Assembly (NCBI GenBank): GCA_038087875.1
Contig: CM075997.1
Span: 5,210,001 to 5,274,000, forward strand
Source of the DNA: Malacoraja senta
Lineage: Eukaryota
Reading direction: 5' to 3'
Length of the DNA: 64,000 nucleotides
Part shown: in pieces, positions 12,953 through 24,089 of the stretch
How positions within the stretch are numbered: the stretch's first letter is position 1
Layout: each line of letters begins with the position of its first letter
The notes under the pieces: model-generated
Told to the model about the DNA's origin: nothing
What the model saw: only the letters and a program-made list of their open reading frames with translations
Databases searched by the model: none
Program-made: the position numbers and the translations under genes

Positions 12953-13700
12953 GTAGGACTGGACACTGGGCCGAAGGGCCTGTTTACGTTGGGGGGGGGG
13001 GGGGAGGTTGTCAAATACAACAAAGACTTCTGACATGCGCTTTGTCTGAGTGAGGGCAGACTGGGCTGGGACTGCAGTGCCGACAAATTGGGGATGCTAC
13101 CATGAATTTTTCCAGACCCTTTTCCCATTAGCCTTGGGAAATCCATCTTGTCATAGAGTGACGCAGCATGGAAACAGGCCCTTCAGCTCAACTTGTCCAC
13201 ACCGGCCAATATGTCCCAGCTACACTAGTCCCACCTGCCCGCGTTTGGCATGTCCTATCCATGCACCTGTCTAACTGCTTCGTCAACGTTGGTGTAATCC
13301 CAGCCTCAACTACCTCCTCTGGCAGCTTGTTCCATACACCCACCACCCTTTGTGTGAGGAAAAAGTCACCCCTCAGATTCCTATTAAATCTTTTCCCCTT
13401 CACCGTAAACCTATGTCCTCTGGTCCTCGTTTGACTACTCTGGGCAAGAGACTCTGTGCATCTCCCCAATCTATTCCCCTCATGATTTTATATGCCTCTA
13501 TAATATCAGCCCTCATCCTCTTGTGCTCCAAGGACTAGAGTCCCAGCCTGTCCCAACCTCTCCCTGTAGCGCAGACCCTCGAGTCCTGGCAACATCCTCG
13601 TAAATCATCTCGGTAGTAATTTTGTGTGTTGTACCTTTGCCTTGAGCTTCTCCCTCTTGGATATTAGAAGTGTGAAGTTGCTGTTTTGTGTGCTTTGCAG

Positions 13701-13800
13701 AGTGCTGTTCCGGAAACGGTCAATGCTTCGAACTCTGGGCCACAGGCACAGGATCAGGAAACCGCCACCGAGCCTCGGGCAAGATAGAAATAAAGATTCA
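13701..13800 (+). CDS. arhgap11a-like: ARHGAP11A-like exon F (phase 2/0)
   Basis: Acceptor gttttgtgtgctttgcag, consensus donor TCA|gtaagt. Encodes (R)VLFRKRSMLRTLGHRHRIRKPPPSLGQDRNKDS. Confidence 0.78.
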
Positions 13801-13879
13801 GTAAGTTGTAATCTGCATTTGGTCATGGGGCGATGGGACAATGTTACTTTCAATTGGAGTTGCCTGAAATGTTTCATAA

Positions 13880-14312
13880 AGGGCCTGTCCCACTTGGAGG
13901 TCATTCGCGCGCCATTTGTGCGACCTCCAAAAATGTGATCGTCGCGTTGTGACGCACGGGTAGCGCAGGATGGGCGCATGGAGAGGCGTGGAGTTGTGCG
14001 CAGTATCGTGCGGTACTCCAGGATTTTGTGTTGTACTAAATCCTCGTGCGCCACCTGCGTGACGCATTGCGTAAGCATGCTGACACCTTTGGTACGCACG
14101 CTGACGCATTGGCGTCGCACGCTGGCGTCCTGACGTCTCACGTGTATCGCGTGGTGACGCATGGTTACGTCACCGTGCTGCAGGGTATTCTAATGATGTC
14201 ACGCGCACCAGACGGCATGATGACGCGTGATTTGCGAGCGATGTCGCGCGTAACGACACGTCGACCTATTTTACATATGAGGCGCAAATGACGGCCAAGT
14301 GGGACAGGCCCT
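13880..14312. mobile_element. Harbinger/PIF-like MITE (433 bp)
   Basis: TIR AGGGCCTGTCCCACTTGG / CCAAGTGGGACAGGCCCT, TAA duplicated on both sides, CpG-rich interior. Confidence 0.85.
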
Positions 14313-16637
14313 TAACTCCGCCCAGGATTTAGGACAGGCCAGGATCTGCAGATGCTGGAATCCTGAGCAAAATACACAAAGCGCTGGAGGAACTCGATGA
14401 GATGGGCAGCATCTGTGGAGGATAGATGCAGAAAGCTGGAGTAACTCGGTGGGTCAGGCAGCATCTCTAGAGAAAAGGAATAGATGACACTTTGCGTAGA
14501 GACTCTTCTTCAGCCTTAACCTGAAACGTCACCAATTCCTTTTCTCCAGAGATGCTCCTTGACCCGCTGAGTTACTCCAGCATTTTGTGTCTATCTGCAG
14601 TGTAAACCAGCATCTGCAGTTGCTTCCTCAGCATCTGTGGAGGGAATGGACCTGTCTGAAGAAGGATCTCTGCCTGAAATGTCACCAATCCATTCCTTCC
14701 AAATGCTGCCTGAGTCGCCAAGTTACTCCAGCACTTTGTGTCTTTTTGTTGTAAACCAGCATCTGCAGTTCCTTGTCTCTGTCTTCCACAAATGCTGCCT
14801 GTCGCTGAGTTGCTCCAGCACTTAAGGAGTTGGAGAATTGTTCAGATTAAGTGCAGCCCCTTAATCAGTCCAATCAAACTAATATATTCCATTGAGCAAT
14901 GCAATGATTCAGTTGGTCCACATTAGGTCGCTGGTCACTGGCACCTCACTCAGGATCTAGGGATGTTGAGTATTCTGATGTGGAGACCAGGTAGTCAATA
15001 TGAGTACCTCAGTGGGTCAGGCAGCAACTCTGGAGGTAAAGGGCAGGTTAGATTTGGGGTCTGGACCCTTCTTCAAACAGCCCACCATGGAGTCTTGGGT
15101 ACCAGATAGAAACATCAAAAATGGGTACAGGAGTAGGCCATTCACCCCCTTTGAGCCAGCACCGCCATTCAAAATGATCATGGCTGATCATCCAGAATCA
15201 GTACCCCGTTTCTGCTTGCCCCCAGATCCCTTGATTCCATTAGCCCGAAGAGCTAAATCCAACTCTCTCTGAAAACATCCAGTGAATTGGCCTCCACTGG
15301 CAGAGAATTCCACAGATTCGGCTGAAAACAGTTATTCCTCATCTCAGTCCTAATTGGCCGAGCCCTTATTCTTAGACGAGGACAGTGGGGTTGCTCTGGC
15401 CGAGGGTAGGTTCGACCGAGTGGGTGCGTTTGACCCAGTCCCACTTGTCCTCTCACACTCGCGCACCCTGGGTGTTGCCCGCAGTTGAGCCCGACCGACT
15501 GTCTGAACATTGAATTCTCCCATTTTAAATCACACCCCCTTTGTTTAGTTTGGAGATGCAGCACGGAAACGGGCCCTTCGGCCCACCGGGTCCGCACTGA
15601 CCCATGATCCCCCCCCTGCAAAGGGCGCATGGTGGCGCAGCACATTCAGCCTCGCAGCGCCGGAGACCCGGGTTGGATCCCGACTAAGGCGTGCTGTCTG
15701 TACAGAGTTTGTACCTTCCTCCCGTGACCACGTGGGTTTTCTCCGGGATCTTTGGTTTCCTCCCACATTCCAAAGACGTACAGATTTATAGGTTAATTGG
15801 CTTGGTGTAGGTGTAAACTGTCCCTAGTGTGTATAGGATAGTGTTAGTGTGCGGGGATCGCTGGTCGACGCGGACTCAGTGGGCCGAAGGCTCTGTTTCC
15901 GCGCTGTATCTCTAAACTAAACTAAACCAACACTATCCTACACAGACTAGAGACAATTTACTGTTTTACCAAAGCCAATTAACGTACAAACCTGTACGAC
16001 TTTGGAATGTGGGAGGAAACAGGAGATCCCGGAGAAAACCCACACAGGTCACGGGGAGAAGGTACAAACTCCGTACAGACAGCACCCGTAGTCAGGATTG
16101 AACCTGGGTGTCTGTCGCTCTGAGGCAGCAACTCTACCGCTGTGCCACCCGTGTGTCTACTTCCTATGCCCACTCCACTCCCACTGTCCCTTTCTGCCTC
16201 TTCCTCCTCTAGCTTTACATTCTGCACCCCTCCTCCTTATCTGACATCCTTTAGTCTGCTTTTCACCGCTGGCTTTTGTCCACCCATCTGCCAATCAGAC
16301 CCCCTCTCCCCCTCACCTGTATCCACCCATCACTTGCCGTTCTTTGAACTTCCCCACTTCTCTTTTCCAGCTCTGTCTAGTACAATCAGTCTGAAAATGG
16401 GTCTCGACCTGAAGCGTCACATACAGTGTATCCATGTTCTCAGAGATGTTCTTAATGGGTTCTACGCACCTCCAGCTGAGATCCAAACTACAGAGACTTG
16501 GGGACACTGGGTGTTGTCTTTGCACTATTATTGTTTGGGTTTTATGTACTAAACTTTTTGTTATTTATTATATTAGATTATAAACTTTTTTGTTATTTAT
16601 TATAGTGTTGAACACATAGTATACACATTAGTATTAA

Positions 16638-16900
16638 GTGTGTGTTTGTATGTATATATATGTGTGTATGTATATGTGTGTGTATATATGTGTGTGTATA
16701 TATGTGTGTGTGTGTGTATGTGTGTGTGTGTATGTGTGTGTGTATGTATGTGTGTGTATGTATGTATGTGTGTGTATATGTATATGTGTGTGTATATGTA
16801 TATGTGTGTGTATATGTATATATGTGTGTATGTATATGTATATATGTGTGTGTGCATATATATATATGCGTGTGTGTGTATATGTATATATTTGTATATA
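16638..16900. repeat. (TG/TA)n compound microsatellite
   Basis: Seen directly; explains the HTYI/VCMY-rich ORFs. Confidence 0.97.
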
Positions 16901-17413
16901 AATGTCTCTGGACTAGCTGCCTGACCCGCTGAGTTACTCCAGCACTTTGTGCTTTACTCAATATTCCAGCATCAGCAGTTTTGTGTGTGTCTCTCACCCA
17001 GCCTTTCTGCTTTTTGTGTCGCTGTTGGAGAGCATTTGACATGCGATCAACTACATGCTAAAGTTCTTGTGTAGGAAGGAACTGCAGTTGCTTGTTTAAA
17101 GTGAAGATAGAGACAAAATGCTGGAGTAACTCGGGCAGCATCTCGGAGAGAAGGAATGGGTGACGTTTCGGGTCGAGACCCTTCTTCAGACTGAGAGATG
17201 GGGAAAGGGGGAACGAGAGATACTGGAGGTACTTGGGACAAACGTATGAGAGATATGCAAAAACCCAACGATGATCAAGGAAATGTGGAGCCCACAAGGA
17301 TCCATTGTTGGCTGTGGATAGGTGATAAGGAGCTATATCTCTGGAGAGAAGGAAAGGATGAAGTTTTGGGTTGAGACCCTCCTGACCTCCATCTTACCCC
17401 TCTCTTCCTCAAG

Positions 17414-17561
17414 ATCGAGCTCGGATTGAACACGGAGATGATGGAACCTTGCTGTGAACCGGTGACGCAGTCCTTGGGCCACGGTTTAGATGGATCACCA
17501 TTGCCAGGAACAAGTGTCCATTTAACTGCCGTGCCTCAGGGGATCGACCCATCAGACAATG
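17414..17561 (+). CDS. arhgap11a-like: ARHGAP11A-like exon G (phase 0/1)
   Basis: Acceptor cccctctcttcctcaag, donor ATG|gtacgt. Encodes IELGLNTEMMEPCCEPVTQSLGHGLDGSPLPGTSVHLTAVPQGIDPSDN; phases fit exon F and the last exon. Confidence 0.72.
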
Positions 17562-18689
17562 GTACGTACTGAGGGAAGCAGGTAAAACCTACCGCTGGAT
17601 CCCTTCCGAGTATAGTGTGTACGAAGTTGTTGCAGATGCTGGTTTAAATTGAAGATGGACAAACTATGCTGGATTAACTCAGCGGGACAGGCAGCAGCTC
17701 TGGAGAAAAGGAATGGGTGACATTTCGGGTCGAGACCCTTCAGACTTATCTTCCCTTCTGAGGTTTGTTTATTGTCACGTGCACCAAGGTACAGTGAAAA
17801 ACATTTTGTAGCATGCTATCCAGTCAACGGAAAGACAATATGTGTCTGTGGAATTCTCTGCCTCAGAGGGCGGTGGAGGCCGGTTCTCTGGATGCTTTCA
17901 AGAGAGAGCAAGATAGGGGTCTTAAAGATAGCGGAGTCAGGGGATATGGGGAGAAGGCAGGAACGGGGTACTGATTGGGGATGATCAGCCATGATCACAT
18001 TGAATGGTGCTGCTGGCTCGAAGGGCCGAATGGCCTACTCCTGCACCTATTGTCTATTGTCTATTGTCTATTGAACAGCAGACAATATCTGTACACGTGA
18101 CAATAAACTGAACTAAATGTAAAGACTACCAAAACTAAAAACTATTTGAGTCATTTTCAAGTTCTGGCCGCCCCCATTACAGGAAGGATGTGGAGGCTTT
18201 GGAGAGGGTGCAGAGGAGGATTACCAGAACGCTGCCTGGATTAGAGGGGATTGGCCATGAAGGAGAGGTTGGACGGACTTGGACTGTTTGGGGTTGCAGT
18301 GAGGCAGCATCAAGTAAAACTGCATCGATTGTCGAGTGTTTAAGGCATCGTTCATTTCGCAAGAGTTTGGAGTCTGATTCTTCCAAACGCTGGGACGTAG
18401 ACAGGAACAGGCCCTTCAGCCCACAATGCCCATGCTGGACATGACGCCAAGTTAAAATAACCTCTGCCTGAATGTGATCCATATCCCTCCACTCACCTGC
18501 ATATCCATGTGTTGAACTAAAAGCCTCTTAAACACTACTATCGGATCTGCCTCCACCACCATCCCGGCAGCACCTTCCAGGCACCCACCACCCTCTGCAA
18601 CAAAAATTCCAGGCCCATTTCCTTTAACACTGCCCCTCTTACCTTAAAGCCGTGCCCTCTAGACCAGTTATGCTGACTCTTGGTGCTAT

Positions 18690-19900
18690 CTGTGTGGGAA
18701 AGAACTGCAGATGCTGGTTGAAATTGAAGATAGACACAAAAATGCTGGTGTAAAGGGCCTGTCCCACTTGGGCGTCAATTGCGCGTCATTTACGCGACAT
18801 CATTTGCACTGCATGACGCACGCATGGTACGTGTTGACTTAGGCAGTGACGCGCGGTCACGTGCGGTGCCCCGGGATTTTGTGATTCATAAAAACTTTGC
18901 GCGCCACCTACGTGACGCGCAAATGACGCCCAAGTGGAACAGGCCCTTTACTCAGAGGGACAGGCAGCATCTCTGGAGAGAAGGAATGGGCGAAGTTTCG
19001 GGTCGAGACCCTTCTTCAGATTGATGTCAGAGGAGTGGGCGGGACAGAGATAGTATGTAGTCGGAGACAGTCAGACTGGTGGGAGAACTGGGAAGGGGGG
19101 AGGGGATGGAGAGAGAGGGAAAGCAAGGGCTACTTGAAGTTAGAGAAGTCAATATTCATACTGCTGGGGTGTAAGCTGCCAAGAGAAATATGAGGTGCTG
19201 TTCCTCCAATTTGCGCTGGGCCTCACTCTGACAGTGGAGGAGGCCCAGGACAGAAAGGTCTGTGTGGGAATGGGGGTTAAAGTGTTGAGCAACCAGGAGA
19301 TCAGGTAGGTTTAGGCGGACTGAGCGAAGGTGTTCCGCAAAACGATCGCCCAGCCTGCGCTTGGTCTTTGCGATATACCTGAAACAGCAGATACAGTAGA
19401 TGAAGTTCGAGGAGCTGCAAGTGAACCTCTGCCTCGCCTGGAAAGACTGTCGGGGTCTTTGGACGGAGTCGAGGGGGGAGGTGAAGGGACAGGTGTTGCA
19501 TCTCCTGCGGTTGCAGGGGAACTACTTGGGGAGGGGGTGCTTGGGTGGGAAGGGACGAGTTGACCAGGGAGTTGTGGAGGGAACAGTCTCTGCAGAAAGT
19601 GGGAAGATGTGGAGATGGGAAGATGTGGCCAGTGGTGGGATCCCGTTGGAGGTGGCGAATGTTGGAGGATTATCTGTTGTCTGCGACGGCTGATGGGGTG
19701 GAAGATGAGGACAAGGGGACCTCTGCCCTTGTTACGAATGGGGGGAGGGGGAGTAAGAGTGAGGCCCAGTGCAAATTGGAGGAACAGCATCTCATATTTC
19801 GCTTGGGTAGTTTACACCCCAGTATGAATATTGATTTCTCAAACTTCCAGTAACCCTTGCATCCCCTCTCTCTCTCCGTCCCTCCCCCACCCTAGTCAAT
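18690..19900 (-). mobile_element. Penelope-like element 3' part (GIY-YIG endonuclease plus pseudo-LTR) with inverted segment at about 19760-19900
   Basis: Reverse strand QVRQRFTCSSSNFIYCICC..YIAKTKRRLGDRFAEHLRSVR...KLEEQHLIF; + strand copy KLEEQHLIFRLGSLHPSMNIDFSNF. Confidence 0.88.
18754..18947. mobile_element. Harbinger/PIF-like MITE (194 bp) inserted in a Penelope pLTR
   Basis: Same TIR; flanks TAA/TTA; interrupts the host consensus gctggagTAActcag. Confidence 0.82.
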
Positions 19901-20505
19901 AGACAATAGGTGCAGGACAGGAACCAGCCCTTCAGCACCACCATTCAATGTGATCATGGCTGATCATCCCCAATCAGTACCCCATTCCTGCCTTCTCCCC
20001 ATATCCCCTGACTCTGCTATTTTTAAGAGCCCTATCTAGCTCTCTCTTGAAAGTATCCAGAGAACCAGCCTCCACCCCCCTCTGAGGCAGAGTCGTCGTA
20101 CTAGTTTCACTGCCGGGTTTGCAACCTCTCATTAGCACCTTCCCCACAGCCAACAATGGATCTTGTGAGCTCCACCTTTCCATGTTCCAGAGATGCTGCC
20201 TGACTCGCTGAGTGACTCCAGCGTTTTGTGTCTGTCTCGCACGTTTGATACTACGCTTCAATATGTCGGCGGGGACTGGTTTAATTTCACACCCCTCTGT
20301 TTGTTTAGCTTGAGCCCATCTCTAACTCCCGTCTCCTTGCACCCTCAAACCCACACAGTTACTGCCCACAGACACACTTGTTTCATTGTTTTCCATCCAT
20401 GACCTTGGCCCTCTAACCCTCCTGTTCCTCCGCACTGTTCAAAACCAATATTAGATTCACTTTGCCCTTCCGGTCACCCCATGGTAAGTACCAGGAGGAG
20501 AACTA

Positions 20506-20725
20506 AGGGCCTGGTCGCACGTGGCGATTTTTTTCGGCGACTGTCGGCGTCATTGGCAGACGTACCAAGGTCGGCGAAAGATTTTGAACATTTCAAAATC
20601 CAGCGGCGATACTTGAGGAAACACCGCGCGTCAATACGTCATCACGCCATGACTCTTTTGGTGACCTGATACATCAGTCAATCATGCTAGTAGTCGCTGA
20701 AAATTGCCACATGGGGTCAGGTCCT
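20506..20725. mobile_element. Degenerate MITE of a related TIR type
   Basis: agggcctggtcgcacgtggcgatttt ... aaaattgccacatggggtcaggtcct imperfect inverted termini. Confidence 0.6.
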
Positions 20726-21912
20726 TTGGGCCATTCATCGAAATATAGAAAATAGGTGCAGGAGTAGGCCATTCAGCCCTTCGAGCCAGCACCGCCTTTC
20801 AATATGATCATGGCTGACCATCCAAAATCTGTACCTGGTTCCTGCTTTCCTGCGTTCCTGCTTTCTCCCCATATCCCTTGATTCTTTTAGCCCCATGAGC
20901 TACATCTAACTCTCTCTTGAACACATCCAGTGAATTGGCCTTCTGTAATTGGAGGCTGGTGTCCACATCTCTGCAGAGAAGGAATGGGTGAGGTTTCAGG
21001 TCGAGGACCTTTATCAAACTGAGAGGGAATCTCGAGATATGGAAGGGTATGGTGTGAAAATGACAGATCAAAGCAGACGATGATATGAAAATGGAGAACG
21101 AGTCATTGTTGGCTGAGGGGAAGGTGAGAACGAGGAGTAAAATCAGTAAAATTAATCGGGACAGTGAAACTAGTCAGATAACTAGGGTGGGGGAGGGGCA
21201 GAGAAAGGGGTGCAAGGGTTACTTGAAGTTGGAGAAATCCGCTGAGGTGTAAGCTGCCCAAGCGAATATGAGGTGCTGTTCCTCCAATTTGTGCTGGGCC
21301 TCACTCTGACAGTGGAGGAGGCCCAGGACAGAAAGGTCGTTGTGGGAATGGGAGGGGGAGTTAAAGTGTTTGGCAACCGGGAGATCACTTAGGTTTGGGC
21401 GACTGAGCGGAGGGACATGGAGCGATCAAGTGATCTTGGCATCATGTTCCGCACAGACATTGTGGGCTGAAGGGCCTGTTCCTGTGCTGTACTGTCCAAC
21501 AGTCATGTGTGAGTTGATTTCAGTGTTTCGCCAAAGAATTTGATTCACATTGCCAAGTCGGATGAAAGGAAATTGCTCTTCTGTGGAAAATGGTTCAAGG
21601 TGAACTATTTCTCAAGGTAAAGTGAATATCTTCTCAGTGTGTCAGAAGGAACTGCAGATGCTGGTTTGCACTAAAGATTGACACTGAATGCCAGAGTAAC
21701 TCATCAGGTCAGGCAGCATCTCTGGAGAGAAGGAATAGGTGAGGTTTAGTGTCAAGACCCTGCAGAAGAGTGATGTCTGGTCCCGACCCGAAACCTCGCC
21801 CATCCTTTTTCTCCAGAGTTGCTGCCTGACCTGCTGAGTTACTCCAGCATTTAGTGTCTATCTTCTCACAGTTGTTGCATCATGTTGAGTGCTGGGTTTC
21901 TGTTTCTTCTAG

Positions 21913-23105
21913 ACTTTCCCAGTCTGGGTGACGAGGATGATTCTGGTCTCCTCCTGCTGCCGCGGTGCTTGGACTTCAAGGCCATGCCTGGTGCTGAGAT
22001 GAGGCCACCCTTTCTGCCGTGCACTCTGGGCCCCGCCGACGACCCGCCAGGCCCCACCATCGAAGCCAAGAGCCCCCTTTGTTCTCCGAGCAAATCCCCA
22101 ACGCCAGGTTCAGCCCGTGGTGCTGGTCCAGAGATAGCACGAGGGTTTCAAGGCTGGGATGAAGCTGCCAAGTTGGACTTCAGTCCCCCAGGAGTCTCAC
22201 TTCTCCAGAGTGGACCCATCCTTAGCCACAGGGCACTTCGCCGGTGGGTCAGCATGCCCGAGGCAGTTGCACAGAGCTGTTGGCAGTGGGGTGAAGGAGA
22301 TGAGCTCGGAGCCAATTTCAGATTGGACCCGGAGGCAATGGGGGTTATTTCACCCGTGGCACAGGCTGGGAATTGGCAGACCTTCCACGGTGGGTCTCCC
22401 GTGCGAGTGGAGCCCTGCACCGCACCACCCTGCCGCCCCACACCACATCTACATGGTCGGACCACTGATTCTCATTCACCTCTGGAGACGGTTGCACCAT
22501 TCACCGCTCCGGTGGAGCCGGGTCTGTTGGACTTCCGTGTCGCCAGCTCCTCGCACGGTGCGGGAGGTGGAATGGACTCAGCGCAGAGTTCCAGACCCGG
22601 GCCCAGCGACCCACCCGCAAGGTCCCACCCTCAACCCAGCCTCGTGGAGATGGCCTGCTCCTATATGTCAGAGCGCATCCTCAAACTCAACAAGCTCTCT
22701 GCCAAACGAGACAGCTTGAAGCGTGGGTTGCCCGTGGTCTCCAAGCCAACTCCACAACAACCTTCTGTGAGAAGGTTGGCCCAACAGGCCAGCACCCTGT
22801 TCTGGAGAAAGACCGAGAGGCAGAGGCCTCAAGAGGCGAGGAGGCCCATGAGGAGGTCCTCGAGTCTTGAGAGCGCCTTGGAAATGGGCAAGGATCCAGT
22901 GGAGACAAAGTGGGACTACACTGGCGGGCATGGTGTGATCGATATGTCCCAATTATACACACACCATCATTCAGGCTGCTCTGAGCCAGGCCACTTGGTC
23001 AGCGGCCTTACATGTCCTGAGATAGACACTCCAGCCAAGACCAAGGGTGGACCGTGCCTGAACAATAGGAAGAAGACAAAGTCACCAGAAACGAGCCCTG
23101 TTTGA
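21913..23105 (+). CDS. arhgap11a-like: ARHGAP11A-like large terminal coding exon (stop TGA 23103-23105)
   Basis: Acceptor tttctgtttcttctag, within the longest non-TE ORF (407 aa in track). Segment MSERILKLNKLS...PTPQQPSVRRL...PMRRSSSLESAL resembles ARHGAP11A VSDHIQWFNKLS...RTPVRQSVRRI...PLVKSVSCDGAL. Confidence 0.88.
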
Positions 23106-23741
23106 ATAGTGTAGGAAGGAACTGCAGATGCTGGTTCAAATCGAAGATAGACACAAAGCTGGAGTAACTCAGCGGGACAGGCAGCATCTCTGGAGAGAAG
23201 GAATGGGTAATGTTTCGGGTCGAGACCCTTCTTCAGACTGAAACATCCCCCATTCCTCCTCTCCAGAGATGCTGCCTGCCCTCTGAGTTGCTCCAGCTTT
23301 GTGTCTATCTCGTAGGTTGCTTGCATTGAACACTGAGCAGCTATCCCAGTTTCTGTCACTAGATGTCAGTCTTGCCCTTTTAATCAAGTCCCACTGAAGT
23401 GATTCCTGGACAGTTTTAACCCCATTAATACTTGGTGTGTTTAAGCTGTTACAGACAGTGCTTTAGACTGGGAGCGGTTCGAGGCAGTGTTCAGACCCTA
23501 GTGCTGACAGTTCCAATCTGCTCTCACAGCCGATCGGAACAGGGGTTTTACCTTGGAAATGCCCAATGAAGAAAGTACAGGGGTATTTAGTGTCATTTTA
23601 ATGTTATGGTTCTTTCATTTTATTAATGTATTAATATCAAATAATGCTGCTTTTAAAGCTTTTCACTTAAAATATTTGGGTTTTGTCTGTGTGCCGTTAT
23701 AGCTGATTTTTCTGAAAGGCAAATAATTTTTCATCAATCCA

Positions 23742-23747
23742 AATAAA
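23742..23747 (+). promoter_or_regulatory. Probable polyadenylation signal of the ARHGAP11A-like gene
   Basis: AATAAA at the end of an AT-rich unique 3' region, followed by a GT-rich tract (gatgtgtggtttttactgagttg) and then repeats. Confidence 0.55.
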
Positions 23748-24089
23748 TCCTTGAAAATCAGATGTGTGGTTTTACTGAGTTGCCCCATCACCTTGAACTA
23801 TGTTCTATGATTCAATAATCATATGCGGGGCAAGTTTTTTTTTTAATTTACACAGAGGGTGGTGGGTGCCTGGACGTGCTGCCAGGGGTGGTGGTGGAGG
23901 CAGATACGATAGTGGTGTTTAAGGGTCTTTCTGATGGGAACATGGATATGCAGGGAATGGTAGGTGTGAGGTCATGCAGGCAGAATGATTAGTTTAACAT
24001 AGCATCATACCTGGGTGTCCTTGTACACCAGTCACTGAAAGTTGGCGTGCAGGTACAGCAGCCAGTGAAGAAAGCTAATGGGATGTTGG

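Noticed and set aside
16593..17042. His/Thr/Tyr- and Cys/Val-rich ORFs
   Set aside because: Translations of a TG/TA microsatellite.
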